DNA of 64,000 bases from the human T2T-CHM13v2.0 reference genome, Homo sapiens (GCF_009914755.1 NC_060925.1); one strand, 5' to 3'. Counted from the stretch's first letter, positions 15,072 to 32,262 are shown. Numbers and translations: made by a program. The notes: generated by a model not told the origin, from the sequence alone.

Positions 15072-15541
15072 TGTAGCAGGATGAGCAGCAGACAAAACTT
15101 CTCAGACACTGAGTTGTAGAAGGAAGGGCTTTATTCAGCTGGGAACATCGGCAAGCTACTGTCTTAAAATCCGAGCTCCCCAAATGCACAATTTCTGTCC
15201 TTTTTAAGGGCTCACAACACTAAGGATTTGACATGAAAGGGTCGTGATTGATTTGAGCAAGCAAGGGGTACATGACAGGGGCTGCATGCACTGGCGGTCA
15301 GAGAGAAACAGAACAGGGCAGGGAGTTTCACAGTGTTCTTCTATACAATGTCTGGAATCTATGAAAAACGTCGGTTTCTAAGTTATGAGTTGATTTCTAA
15401 CTACTGGGTTTAGGCCAGGCAGGCCCAGGCCTGGTTTCGGGCCTGGCGCCGGGCTGCCTGTCTTTGGTTTTACTTCCCTGTTTTTTTCTTAAAACAGGTA
15501 CTGAGTATAAAACAATATGAGAGGGTCTCTCTCTTCCCTCA
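15072..15541 (-). mobile_element. Solo ERV1 LTR (LTR15-like)
   Basis: Minus strand TGAGGGAAGAGAGAGACCCTCTCATATTG...CCTGCTACA; 4-bp TSD CTGT (15068-15071 / 15542-15545). Confidence 0.8.
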
Positions 15542-16586
15542 CTGTAGCTTAACTTGTCCTGCCTAATATATATCACAAAATGTGAGTTTCTTTGTGAAAT
15601 CTTATGACAGATTGAAAGATCTTTTGGTGGCTTTCATTCTGTGGTCTCAATTAAAATTTGGAATCTATTACCTTTTTTAACATATTTCTTGCATAAGATA
15701 ATAATCAGTAATTAAAAGAACTTAAAGCTTTAAAATATTACTTTAGCAATGTATAACTTAATTATGCCTATATGGCTATGCAGTGTATTTACAAACATCG
15801 ACTTCAGTAGCAATCTCATGTCTATTAATAAAAGTGTCTCATAGCTCCTGTTTTTTGAAAGTCGAGAACTTTCAGAGGAAAAAAATATATTCTGATGAAC
15901 TACTCATGCTTTCTTAGTCTATATGAATAACATACAGATCAGAGAGTGGAAGTCAATAAATTTAGAAATGTTTATTTTTGGAATTGTATTTAATTTCCAA
16001 GTACAAATATATCTAGCTTGGTGTCACTAGGATGAAATATATTTTGTGTATGATACAAAAAGAAGAAAATACAAATCTTGGAGTGGAGCTATATTATATT
16101 TCCTTGGAGTGTGACTAATTATAGTGCAATTTGTGAAAGATTTCTATTATTTATTTTTAGAAAAACGGGTCTTTGTTTTGTTTCTACAAACACATGTTTA
16201 CATTAAGTAATAAAATACAATTCTATTGGATAACAATATAAGCATATTGTTTAATTATAAGCAAAATTACTATTTTTAAGAACAATTTGCTATAATTTTA
16301 GATTGACCTACATGATTGAACTTGGCATATCTCTTTCTCCCTTCCCACAAATGAGTTAGTCCTATAAACTATAGGACTGAAGACAGTCCTATAAAAAAGA
16401 GTAGAGAAGATCAAAACGAAATGAAAATGGTCTAATGCTCCACGGGATGAGTGCATCATCTGTCTGCAAAGTTTCCCAGCAGGTGCTATTTAATTTTTTG
16501 AATTTGCCCAAAGTCTGTCTCTCAGGTTTGCAGAATTTGATATCACCATTATTTCATTAAACCAAGAACTGCTGATTTGTGCATTA

Positions 16587-17090
16587 TGTATCAGTCAGGG
16601 TCCTGTTTGGAGAGAGAAATCACACAGTGATTTGGACAGATAATATTTTACACAGAGATTTTTTAACTATAACAGAGCAATAGAGAAATATCAGATTGGT
16701 TAGTAATAGTAAAGAGAACTTGAAAATAATACAGCAATAGCAGATGTAAGGAGCATGCATTATTTTCAAGGCCAAGATAAAGTGCTCCAGGAAGAGATTC
16801 CAGGACTGCACTGGAAATTAAGATAGCACGGCTGTGGCTCACAGAACAGCAGAGAAGTCACTACGGTGCTGCACTGGCAGAACTTGCTGGAATTCCACCG
16901 TCTAAGGTGCCAGAGGAAGCTTTTTATGGGAAAGCGTCTCACTGGAAGCACGCCACTAGAAAACCATCTAACAGGGTGCTGAGGGAAGTTTCAGGCCACA
17001 AGGTGTGGAGCCCATTTCAGAAGAAGAAGCCATCCATACTAAACTGTCAGCAGTCTGGTGCTGCAGAAGCCGCATCTGCCGCAGGAGCCA
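16587..17090 (-). mobile_element. Old ERVL-class LTR remnant
   Basis: Begins tgtatcagtcagggtcc, typical of a reversed ERVL/MaLR LTR end; boundary and family uncertain. Confidence 0.4.
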
Positions 17091-17651
17091 GTCCTTTTGA
17101 AGGAGACAGCAGGCTTTTCTTAGAACTTTTTCATCTGTGCTCATTGATGTTTCTCAATATCAAGATCAGGATATACAGGAAGCCAAGAAAAATCCCACAG
17201 AATTCACCACCATGTTTTTCTTCAAGTCCCAATTCCCTAGTCTGTCTTCCTCCTTCTTTCCACTGTTCAGAACCTTCTTAGGTTTGTTTTACATATAATA
17301 TCTAGGGGGTTTAGCTGTGTTTAGCAGGAGGAATAGGGAGAAATGGGTGTATTCCATTTGCCTGGAACTGGAATTCCATCTTTGCGTTAAAAACTATTTT
17401 TTCTTTTCTCTAACCAGTGCTTTTCTGACTCTTTTTTTTTTTTTTTTTTATACTCTAAGTTTTAGGGTACATGTGCACATTGTGCAGGTTAGTTACATAT
17501 GTATACATGTGCCATGCTGGTGCGCTGCACCCACTAATGTGTCATCTAGCATTAGGTATATCTCCCAATGCTATTCCTCCCCCCTCCCCCGACCCCACCA
17601 CAGTCCCCAGAGTGTGATATTCCCCTTCCTGTGTCCATGTGATCTCATTGT

Positions 17652-21503
<3,852 letters not shown>

Positions 21504-21542
21504 TCATTAGTTGATGCAGTTTCTTCCTAGTCTCGATGGTCT

Positions 21543-22559
21543 TTACATTTTGGCATGATTTTGCAGCGGCTGGTACCGGTTGTTCCTTTCCATGTTTAGC
21601 GCTTCCTTCAGGAGCTCTTTTAGGGCAGGCCTGGTGGTGACAAAATCTCTCAGCATTTGCTTGTCTATAAAGTATTTTATTTCTCCTTCACTTATGAAGC
21701 TTAGTTTGGCTGGATATGAAATTCTGGGTTGAAAATTCTTTTCTTTAAGAATGTTGAATATTGGCCCCCACTCTCTTCTGGCTTCTAGGGTTTCTGCCGA
21801 GAGATCCGCTGTTAGTCTGATGGGCTTTCCTTTGAGGGTAACCCGACCTTTCTCTCTGGCTGCCCTTAACATTTTTTCCTTCATTTCAACTTTGGTGAAT
21901 CTGACAATTATGTGTCTTGGAGTTGCTCTTCTCGAGGAGTGTCTTTGTGGCGTTCTCTGTATTTCCTGAATCTGAACGTTGGCCTGCCTTGCTAGATTGG
22001 GGAAGTTCTCCTGGATAATATCCTGCAGAGTGTTTTCCAACTTGGTTCCATTCTCCATATCACTTTCAGGTACACCAATCAGACGTAGATTTGGTCTTTT
22101 CACATAGTCCCATATTTCTTGGAGGCTTTGCTCATTTCTTTTTATTCTTTTTTCTCTAAACTTCCCTTCTCGCTTCATTTCATTCATTTCATCTTCCATT
22201 GCTGATACCCTTTCTTCCAGTTGATCGCATCGGCTCCTGAGGCTTCTGCATTCTTCACGTAGTTCTCGAGCCTTGGTTTTCAGCTCCATCAGCTCCTTTA
22301 AGCACTTCTCTGTATTGGTTATTCTAGTTATACATTCTTCTAAATTTTTTTCAAAGTTTTCAACTTCTTTGCCTTTGGTTTGAATGTCCTCCCGTAGCTC
22401 AGAGTAATTTGATCGTCTGAAGCCTTCTTCTCTCAGCTCGTCAAAATCATTCTCCATCCAGCTTTGTTCTGTTGCTGGTGAGGAACTGCGTTCCTTTGGA
22501 GGAGGAGAGGCGCTCTGCGTTTTAGAGTTTCCAGTTTTTCTGTTCTGTTTTTTCCCCAT
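21543..22559 (-). CDS. ORF1: L1 ORF1p (338 aa RNA-binding chaperone), intact
   Basis: Full 338-aa ORF MGKKQNRKTGNSKTQ...LQNHAKM with the conserved REKG, ARR and YPAKLS motifs. Confidence 0.95.
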   Translation of the reverse strand: MGKKQNRKTGNSKTQSASPPPKERSSSPATEQSWMENDFDELREEGFRRSNYSELREDIQTKGKEVENFEKNLEECITRITNTEKCLKELMELKTKARELREECRSLRSRCDQLEERVSAMEDEMNEMKREGKFREKRIKRNEQSLQEIWDYVKRPNLRLIGVPESDMENGTKLENTLQDIIQENFPNLARQANVQIQEIQRTPQRHSSRRATPRHIIVRFTKVEMKEKMLRAAREKGRVTLKGKPIRLTADLSAETLEARREWGPIFNILKEKNFQPRISYPAKLSFISEGEIKYFIDKQMLRDFVTTRPALKELLKEALNMERNNRYQPLQNHAKM

Positions 22560-23465
22560 CTTTGTGGTTTTATCTACTTTTGGTCTTTGATGATGGTGAT
22601 GTACAGATGGGTTTTCGGTGTAGATGTCCTTTCTGGTTGTTAGTTTTCCTTCTAACAGACAGGACCCTCAGCTGCAGGTCTGTTGGAATACCCTGCCATG
22701 TGAGGTGTCAGTGTGCCCCTGCTGGGCGGTGCCTCCCAGTTAGGCTGCTCGGGGGTCAGGGGTCAGGGACCCACTTGAGGAGGCAGTCTGCCTGTTCTCA
22801 GATCTCCAGCTGCGTGCTGGGAGAACCACTGCTCTCTTCAAAGCTGTCAGACAGGGACACTTAAGTCTGCAGAGGTTACTGCTGTCTTTTTGTTTGTCTG
22901 TGCCCTGCCCCCAGAGGTGGAGCCTACAGAGGCAGGCAGGCCTCCTTGAGCTGTGGTGGGCTCCACCCAGTTCGAGCTTCCCGGCTGCTTTGTTTACCTA
23001 AGCAAGCCTGGGCAATGGCGGGCGCCCCTCCCCCAGCCTCGTTGCCGCCTTGCAGTTTGATCTCAGACTGCTGTGCTAGCAATCAGCGAGATTCCGTGGG
23101 CGTAGGACCCTCTGAGCCAGGTGTGGGATATAGTCTCGTGGTGCGCCGTTTCTTAAGCCGGTCTGAAAAGCGCAATATTCGGGTGGGAGTGACCCGATTT
23201 TCCAGGTGCGTCCATCACCCCTTTCTTTGACTCGGAAAGGGAACTCCCTGACCCCTTGCGCTTCCCAGGTGAGGCAATGCCTCGCCCTGCTTCGGCTCGC
23301 GCACGGTGCGCACACACACTGGCCTGCACCCACTGTCTGGCACTCCCTAGTGAGATGAACCCGGTACCTCAGATGGAAATGCAGAAATCACCCGTCTTCT
23401 GCGTCGCTCACGCTGGGAGCTGTAGACCGGAGCTGTTCCTATTCGGCCATCTTGGCTCCTCCTCC
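22560..23465. promoter_or_regulatory. L1 5'UTR: sense Pol II promoter, antisense promoter and CpG-rich region; YY1 site intact
   Basis: Locally CpG-dense. GCCAAGATGGCCG (YY1 site) at plus 23444-23456. Promoter functions are established properties of the L1HS 5'UTR. Confidence 0.85.
23015..23230 (+). CDS. ORF0: L1 ORF0 (71 aa, antisense ORF in the 5'UTR)
   Basis: ATG at 23015 (GCAATGG, strong context); MAGAPPPASLPPCSLISDCC...RCVHHPFL*. Splice-donor-like sites CAG|GTGTGG (23121) and CAG|GTGCG (23206). Confidence 0.85.
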   Translation: MAGAPPPASLPPCSLISDCCASNQRDSVGVGPSEPGVGYSLVVRRFLSRSEKRNIRVGVTRFSRCVHHPFL

Positions 23466-23825
23466 CTTTTCTGACTCTTAAATTAGGGTATTGTGACATG
23501 ATTCTGTGTCATAAAATACTTTTCTCTTCTGACATCTTCACTAAGGTTTATTTTTTTTCTTACCTTCTGTTTTCTTCTTGCTCCCTTTCTTCCTATTGTT
23601 CATTTCCTCCCATTTCAACTCTCCTTCCCTCCTCACTTCTCCTTTTCTGACATGGTGCAACTATTCAGAATCTATTATGTTAAGACATAATTCAACAGAA
23701 GTTTGTTTATCACTATATTTTCCAATGAGATAACCTCCATAGCTATTTTGGGTTTAAAATATAAAAATGAAAAATGATTTTTATAGTTCCAACACACAAT
23801 TTATCTAAGCAACTGAAGTTTTGGC

Positions 23826-23874
23826 AAAAAAAAATCAAGAGTTTTCATCATTAGAAATAATTTTATTATTTATT
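23826..23874 (-). terminator. Likely KCNT2 polyadenylation site
   Basis: Two AATAAA hexamers on the minus strand (plus tttatt at 23862-23867 and 23869-23874), followed by a U-rich downstream tract (plus A-run at 23826-23834). Confidence 0.65.
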
Positions 23875-26286
23875 TTAAAGCAGTTCAATGTAACTGGTAG
23901 CAAAATGGTACAGACAATAAACAGAATCAATTCCCATTGGGCTACAAGGACTATTATTGACTTTATATTTTATTTTCATGTGCAAGTATAATTATTTTAA
24001 AAAGGCAACATTTCATTAAAAGTCTTTTATAAGCATGTTTTTATTCTTTAAATAACAGAAAGACTAATAAATTATCATTATTGTAGCAAGCTGGTATGAA
24101 CTGTGTCAAATATTAAATTTGGACTAATGTTCATAGTCAAAAATAATTATTTTAAAATTTATGAAACAAAATTTTTAGTTATATAGGAAATATAATCATA
24201 TCCTAGCTTAAAATCCTAGTCTCAACAACTGTCATAATGCAAAAATACCAAACTTCAGATCTTGTGGGGAAATAAAAGATTTGTAAAATCTTACATTTAT
24301 TCCTAAAAATAATGAAGTAAAAAAAGTCAACTTAAAGAAACATCATACTTGACTCTTGATATGCAAATATAAAACAAGTTCATAAAATTTATTGTTTTTC
24401 TCTGTTACATATATTAGTTCCATTCTGCCTTCAGTTTTTAACAATTTATATGTGAATGTGTGTGTCAAATATATTTCACGTTTATAACATATACACATAT
24501 ATGCATACAATCTTTAAGTTTTAAGGCATGCTCCCAATTTTAGCTAACCTGTTATAAATTCTACTTCTCTGATCAAAGTAGATTAAATACAGGGTCTCTG
24601 TTTTAGGGGTAATTCTTGGTGTTCTTGTTATTCTAAAATGTGAATAATGTAAAATACCAAAAAGAAAAAAAGACATTTCATAGCCTCCAAGCCAAATTAT
24701 ACAATGACTATAATCTTTGATTTCACATTGCACTTTACAGTTTTATTTCTGTAGAATTATTGAGAGTACATTAGAATATCTTTTCTTTAAAAATTTTATT
24801 ATCCTTTAAGTTGATCTGCTTCATTATGAAAAGAAAGGAAAAAAAGTCCCTTTCTAGTTTTATATGTATTTTTTGTTGTTGCTGAATTAAACTCAATGTC
24901 AAATTCAAAAATTAAAAAATACAAAATTAGAACAGTATGTATTTAAATTTACCAATGTTTCTTTTACAGGAACATTTTAACACACTTCTACTACCTGGTA
25001 AACTATGTACGCATACTCTTGTGCTCTTTTGATCTATTTCTCTAGGGGGAAAATGCAATACAGGTAAAAAATGAAAAACTGGATATCATCAATGGTCAAT
25101 TTATATTTAAATTTATAACTCAAATTCTGCATGATTTGCATTAATGTTAAAAGCCAAGAACTACCTATTTTTGTTTTATGCTTTTCTCTCATAATGTTAA
25201 AGTATAGCTCATATATACGATTTCAAAATTAAGTCAAAAATTTTAATACATCCTTCATTGAGTGTTATTGTTTCATTACCAAAGACATAAGGACTTTTAA
25301 TGTTTTGAAGTGTCTTCAGAGTCCATAAAAGGTATAAATTATCTTCTGTCAATTTTAAAAGAATTTTTCTAGTGAAATTTACTATATAGATATATGAATA
25401 GGAAAGATGGTAAAGTTCAAGAGTCTAAGGACAATCATTACTGTATATTTCAAGATATCCAGTTAATTTTTCAATCCTTGAATTAAATTTAAGTCAACAA
25501 ATGTGTATTAAGTATTTTCTCTATGCTAGGCATTCGTTTAGGAGAATAATAGATATTTGCTTTATAGTATGCTTTTCTTGGCATAAAATATTTGCTAGAC
25601 ATAAAGTTACCAAAAAGTGCAGGAACCTAGTGTTTCTTTTCATTTATGTTTTAGTTTCTTCAATGTAATAAAACATGCTATGAACATCTCAAATTCTAAG
25701 ATAAATATTTTTATATCGTAAGGCAGAAAAAAAAGTTAAAATGACTTAAAGATTTGTATTCTAAAGCAAACTATGATTCTTACACAAAAGTCAGCCACAC
25801 AAGTTTGTTGGTTAATCTCTATGTGAGAAGACTAGACATTTACGATGAGCTCAATTTTGTAAAACAGTAAGTTTAAAGAATATAATATGACACATTTAAT
25901 TTTTAAGAGGAGCAGCAGCATTCTGTGTCCATTGTGATGCACCAAATATAGTTAGATTTTGTCAACTTCATAAAACCTTAATAATTTTTAAAATTGCTTT
26001 CATAGAGTTTGGATTATTATAAAACAATTAAATGTCAGATTTAAATTTTTGTATTTTAATTTAGCTTTTCAAATTTATTCCATTGAGGTCCTTCAAATAT
26101 TAATAGGGAGAGTACCAGTAAGTAGTACATTAAGTTTCAAAATGATCTATACTTCTAAGAGAAGAGATTACGTTTTTAAATATGAGAGAATTACATATAT
26201 TTCCATCTAGTTTCTTTCGTGCCAGCAAAACTTTTGTGGTTTCAAGCAAGGTCTTTGTAGGAAAAAAGTTTCTCATTTTATTTTTA
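23845..26286 (-). other. KCNT2: KCNT2 3'UTR (~2.4 kb)
   Basis: AT-rich sequence with no recognisable repeats, running from the stop codon to tandem AATAAA signals; the exact 3' end is inferred. Confidence 0.7.
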
Positions 26287-26481
<195 letters not shown>

Positions 26482-27167
26482 TTATTTGTTCAGTTTTCAG
26501 ATTATCTAAACTGTCTGTATACAACATTGGTGGTAGAACTCACTGTTTGGTTGGCCTTTACAATTTGGCATGGTTAATATTATCATTTTCATACCTGAGA
26601 AGATTATGATGATGAATGCTGATGAATCAAGCACTATTATTTTTCTTCTTCATCTTTTTCCCTGTGCATGTTGACTGTCAGTCACCATTATTTTTCAATT
26701 ATAATCAATTTCAGCACCTTCGTCTCATCAAAGTTTTATGATTAAGTATGCTGTTGACTTATTATCCCTTACTTTGGCCATTTTTCTATGAAGGAGACCT
26801 ACATTTTAGCCATCATTCTTCCATTACTTAACTGTTCTTTGTCTTATTTTTATCACTTAAAAAATTAGGAGATTGATGTAAGCAATTTCTATAGTCTTTT
26901 CAATTTAAATATTTTATGAATCTATAAAATCAACAGTTTAACAAATGTTATAGTGAATATAATGCATAACGTTTAAATTAGCAGGAAAATTATTTATCTA
27001 AAATTCAGCTTATGGTATAGTAAGTGATAATACTAAAGTATAGAGAATAATTCTTAATTAATTCTGCTAGTAAATAGAAAAATGTTTATCTGCCAAACTC
27101 AAACATTTCATTAATGTGAGAATTTGTTTTCAGAGAGTTGTCTTACTTTAGACTGTCAAATGATGTA

Positions 27168-29439
27168 CAGGCATGCCTTTTTTATTGCTTTTGACTTGAT
27201 TGCACTTTGCCAATATTGAATTATTTATAAATGGAAGGTTTGTGGCAACCCTGAATCAAGCAAGTCCGTTGGAGACATTTTTTCCAGCATGTGCTCACTT
27301 AGGGTCTCTGTGTCAGATTTGGTAACTTGAACTTTTTCCATTGTAATTATATCTGTTATAGTGATCTGTGATCAGTAATTTTTGATGTTCCTATTGTAAT
27401 TGTTTTGGGATACCACTATCCGCACCCATATAAGAAGGCAATTTTAACCAATAAAATATGTGTGTTCTGATCACTCCACCAACTGGCTATTCCCTCGACT
27501 CTTTTCCCTCTCCTCCACCATCTGTATTCCCCAAGACACAAAAACATTAAAGTTAGATTAGTTAATAACCCAAAAATGACTTGTAATTGTTTAAGTGAAA
27601 GGAAGAGTATCATGTCTCTCACTTTAAATCAAAAGCTAGAAATGATTATGCTTAGTGAGGAAGGAACATCAAAAGCTTACATAAGTTGGAAGTTAGGTCT
27701 TTTGTGCCAGTTAGCCAAGTTGTGAATGCAAAGGAAAAGTTCCTAAGGAAATTAAAAGTGCTACTCCAGTGAATACACAACTGATAAGAAAAGGAAACAG
27801 CCTTATTGCTGAGATGGCAAAAGTATGAGTGGTCTGGAAAAAAGATCAAACCAGCTACAACATTCCCTTAATCCAAAGCCAAATCCAGAGCAATGCTCTA
27901 CCTCTTTTCAATTCTCTGAAAGGTGAGGGAAGTGAAGAAGCTATGGAAGAGGTTAGCTATGGAAGAGGAAGCTAGCAGAGGTTAGCTCATGAAGCTTAAG
28001 GAAATGAGTCCCCTCCATAACATAAACGTGCAAGATGAAGTAGATAGTGCTAATGCAGAAGCTACAGCAAGTTATCAAAAAAATCAAACTATTAATAAGA
28101 TTATTGATGAAGGTGGCTAAATTAAACAACAGATTTTCAATTTGGAAGACAGCCTTCTATTGGAAAAAGTTGCCATCTAGTACTTAAGTAGCTAGAGAGG
28201 AGAAGACAAAGCCTAGTTTCAAAGCTTCAGTGACAAGCTGACTCTCTTGGTAGGGGCTAATGCATTCGGTGACTTTCAGTTGAAGCCAATACTCATTTAC
28301 CATTCTGGAAATCCTAGGACACTTAAGAATTCTGCTAAATCTGCTCTGCCTATGCTCCAGAAATGGAAAAACAAAGCCTGACTGGCAGCAAATCTGTTTA
28401 AAGCATAGTTTACTGAAAATGTTAGGCCCATTGTTGAGACTTAACACTTAAAAAAAAGACTTCAAAATATCACTGCCCCTTGATAAGGCACCTGGTCACC
28501 CAAGAGCTCTGATGGAGATGTACAATGAGATTAGTATTGTATCATTCTTGCTAACACAACATCTATTCTGCAGCCCATGGATCAAAGAGTAATTTCAATG
28601 TTCATGATTCGTGGGATGAGGTAGAAATATCAACATTAACAGAAGTTTGGAAGAAGTTGACTCCAACCCTTATCGATGACTTTGAGGGGATCAAGACTTC
28701 AATGGAGGAAGTAACTGCAGTTGTGGTAGAAATAGCAAGATAACTAGAATTAGAAGTGGAGCCCAAAGATGTGACTCAACTGCTGCAATCTCTGACCAAA
28801 ATTTGAATGAATGAGGAGTTGCTTCTTATTTATCATCAAATAAATTGGTTTCTTGAGATGAAATCTACTCCTGGTGAAGATGCTATGAACATTGTTGAAA
28901 TGACTGTAAAGAATTTATATTATTACATAAACTTAGTTGACAAAGTAGCAGCAGGGTTTGAAAGGATTGACTCCAGTTTCAAAAGAAGTTCCACTTCGGG
29001 TAAAATGCTATCAAAGGGTATTACATGCTACAGATAAATATTGCATGAAAGAAAGAGTCAATCAATGCAGCATACTACTTCATTGTTGTCTGATTTTAAG
29101 AAATTGCCACACCCCTCCAACCTTCAGTAACCACTACCCCAATCTGTCAGCAGCCATCAACATTGAGGCAAGACTCTCTACCGGCAAAAAAAGATTATGA
29201 CTCCCTGAAGGCTCAGATGACTGCTAGCATTTTTTTTTTAGCAATAAACTGTTTTTTAATTAAGTAAATTTTTAGACATAATGCTTTGCTTTTGCACACT
29301 TAGTAGACTAAAGTATAATGCAAACATAAATTTTGTATGCACCGGGAAACCAAAAAATTCAAGTGACTGGCTTGATTGCAATATTCACTCTATTGTGGTA
29401 GTCTGGAACCAATCCTGCAAAATCTCTGAGGTATGCCTG
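27168..29439 (+). mobile_element. Tigger1 DNA transposon, near full length, with decayed transposase, in the last KCNT2 intron
   Basis: TA|CAGGCATGCC left TIR and GAGGTATGCCTG right TIR; pogo-like transposase remnants (e.g. MNEELLLI...[17 protein letters not shown]). Confidence 0.9.
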
Positions 29440-31710
29440 AGTATCTTTAGTGACTGCTTCTTGAGCACCTGTAGGAAACTGTGCTAACACCTTAGAATTA
29501 AAACAAAATCACAAAACATGACTCCTGTCCGGCAGAAGATTAAAGTAAAATTTATGAAGCAGATATAATGGAAGAAAAAAAAAGAAATTCCAAACATCAT
29601 ACAAAGTGAAAAAGAACAACAGAGAGAATTAGGAACTGCTTTATTGTGGGGTTGGGTTGAACTTGCCTCTCCAGGCTTCAGAGAAGATTTAGGAGGAAGG
29701 AACAGGAGGTGATCCCAAATGTTGTCAATGGAGACCACAGAGGATGGATGTTTCTGATGTGCTTAGAAATGATTTGACTTTAGAAAACTAGTAAATCATG
29801 GTAGGTAAAGTCAAAAACAAAGGTAGGAAACAGGTAATGAATGACCTTAAGTTTCAGAATAAGTAGTTTCAATTTGTGTTTTAAAGGCAGTAGGAAGCCA
29901 CTAAGGGTTTGAAAAGGAGAGAAGAAAATAAATATATGCAACACAGCATTCTAAGAAAGTCATGTTCCAAGTCCAAATGAAAGAAGTATTTAATACTTCT
30001 ATAATATTTTTAAGAGGCAGTATATAAAATGAACAGGAAAACTAATTAAAAAGTGAGAACGCTAATAAAGTTTGCACTTTTGTCTTAAAGACTGAAGGGA
30101 AAAATTCACAAAATATACTCCTTAATGAAAATGAGAAAAGGCAATCAAAAACACTGAGTCTATTTTCTTTGACCAAATAAAAGTTGAGACTAGTGTTCTT
30201 GGACCTATTAACTGGATTTTGTCATCTATGCACACTGCTTTATAGTTACTTTAAATATCAATAGCATTGTGGATTGATGAAGAAAACTAATAGTGCACAT
30301 TACACTTTTTAATACCATATCATCTAGTGATTTATTATTGTTCGCATCAAATTAATGTTGCTTCTTCATTTAAAACAAACTTCCGAAAGTGAATTTTTAG
30401 AAAAACATAAAAGATAACAGTATAATCCATTATTCTCTGCATTCATTGATGCAGTAGCAAAAGTTCCTTTTCCTATTATTGTCACTACAAAACCTATGAG
30501 TCCAATAAAGCAAATTTCTTAAACTGTGTTTTTATATATTACATGTCATGGTAGGCATCTTTCAAATGATAATTTATCATTGTTCTGGTTCCACTGAAAT
30601 TTAATTATCTCAATGCCACAAATACAGATCACTGCAATGGTGTAAGAAAAGCTTTTTTATTTTTTTAATAGCAGTCAAGTTGATGTTTTAGCTTAAAACT
30701 AATAAAAAATAAGAGTATCTAAAAGACAGAAAATTCTCTAAAAATATGTCTACTTTACCTGTCCACATTGTGACATACATATTTTATTCATAAGTAAAAA
30801 GATTAAACATCATTTGAAATCAAGAACATAAATATTTGACAAAATGACATGTTCTTAGTCTCAAAAGGGTGACAACATTTTCTTTGAACATTCTGTCAAA
30901 AATAATTATGGGAAATGATTGTATTAAGCTTAAGAAACATAATTTATTATAAAATACAAATAAGGTAAGCATAATTTTTTAAATTCTATATAATTAACAC
31001 AATTATATTTATTTGAAAAAAGGTATAAGAAGGCTGGAATTAATATGGGTAGATTAGATATTTAATAAAAATTATCTATACTTATGGACTTAAAAGAAAA
31101 AAGACATGTATAAATGTGGATGCCATGAAAAAAGAACAGCTTTATTTTATTATCATAATATACTATGTGAAGGGTCCAGGATGAGTAATTAAAATCCAAG
31201 TGCATCATAAATAAGATGTTTTCCTCTAATTGAAGTCCTTTATAAATTCAATATCACCATCAGATACAATTTTTGACAGTGACTTAAGAATTCTACTAGC
31301 TTAAATTGTTATTCATCTGTTTCCCCAATGCTCCTGTATTCTAACCAGTATTATCAGATGGCAAAATAAAGCAATATTATACTTGATAGTTCTATCTTAG
31401 GTGCATTTTAGGAATCTTTTCACACTTATTTGGGGTCAGATTTACTCCTGCTGTTTTATTTTCCTAATAAGTTTTTGAAATGCTTCCTGTTTCTGCCCTA
31501 AAACAAAACACTCGTCAGTAGTACAACACTAATTATTCTACTGTTTCTTCTGTATTTATATTTTTGGAAAAAACATTCCCTATTTAGCCTTTTTCAGCTG
31601 GAAGATAAAAAATATTTTTTCTACAGAAAACTAGCTTATCTTCAAAGTTCCAATACTGTGTATCTAAATGCTTTCTAGACATTTCCTCTTTATACTTTAA
31701 ATAACATATT

Positions 31711-32262
31711 TGAATGGATGGATGAAGAAAATTTGTGGTATATATGCAAAGTAGAATACCATTCATCCATAAAAAAGATGAAATTCTGTCATTTGCAGCA
31801 ACATAGTCAGTGTTAAATGAAATAAGCCACAGAAAAACAACATAGTCAGTGTTAAGAGAAATAAGCCACAGAAAAACAAATATCATGTTTTCATTCAAAT
31901 GTGTGAGCTAAAATAATTGATCTCATGGAGATAGTAGGCAGAATGTTACCAGAGGCTGGGAAGGGTGATGAGGAGGGGAAGATGGAGAGAAACTGGTTTA
32001 TTAGTAACCAAAATACAGTTACACAGAAGAAATAAATTCCAGTGCTTCAAAGCACAGTAGGGCAACTATGCTTAACAAGACTTCATTGTATATTTCAAAA
32101 TAGCTGGAAAAGAACATTTGGGATATTCCTAACACAAAGAAATTATAAATGTTTGGGGTAATGGCTACCTCAATTACCCTGATTGATCATTACATATTTT
32201 ATGCATGTATCAAAATATCACATGTACCTCATAAAATGCACAACTATTATATATCAATAAAC
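31711..32262 (+). mobile_element. L1MA-type 3' end
   Basis: gaatggatg...aaattctgtcatttgcagcaaca...gttaccagaggctgggaaggg...atcaaaatatcacatgtacc. Confidence 0.8.

Noticed and set aside
16907-17281. 124-aa ORF
   Set aside because: Spans decayed LTR/L1M remnants; non-ATG start and no recognisable protein.
28807-29200. Possible domesticated Tigger transposase
   Set aside because: Only short fragments, with many stops and frameshifts.
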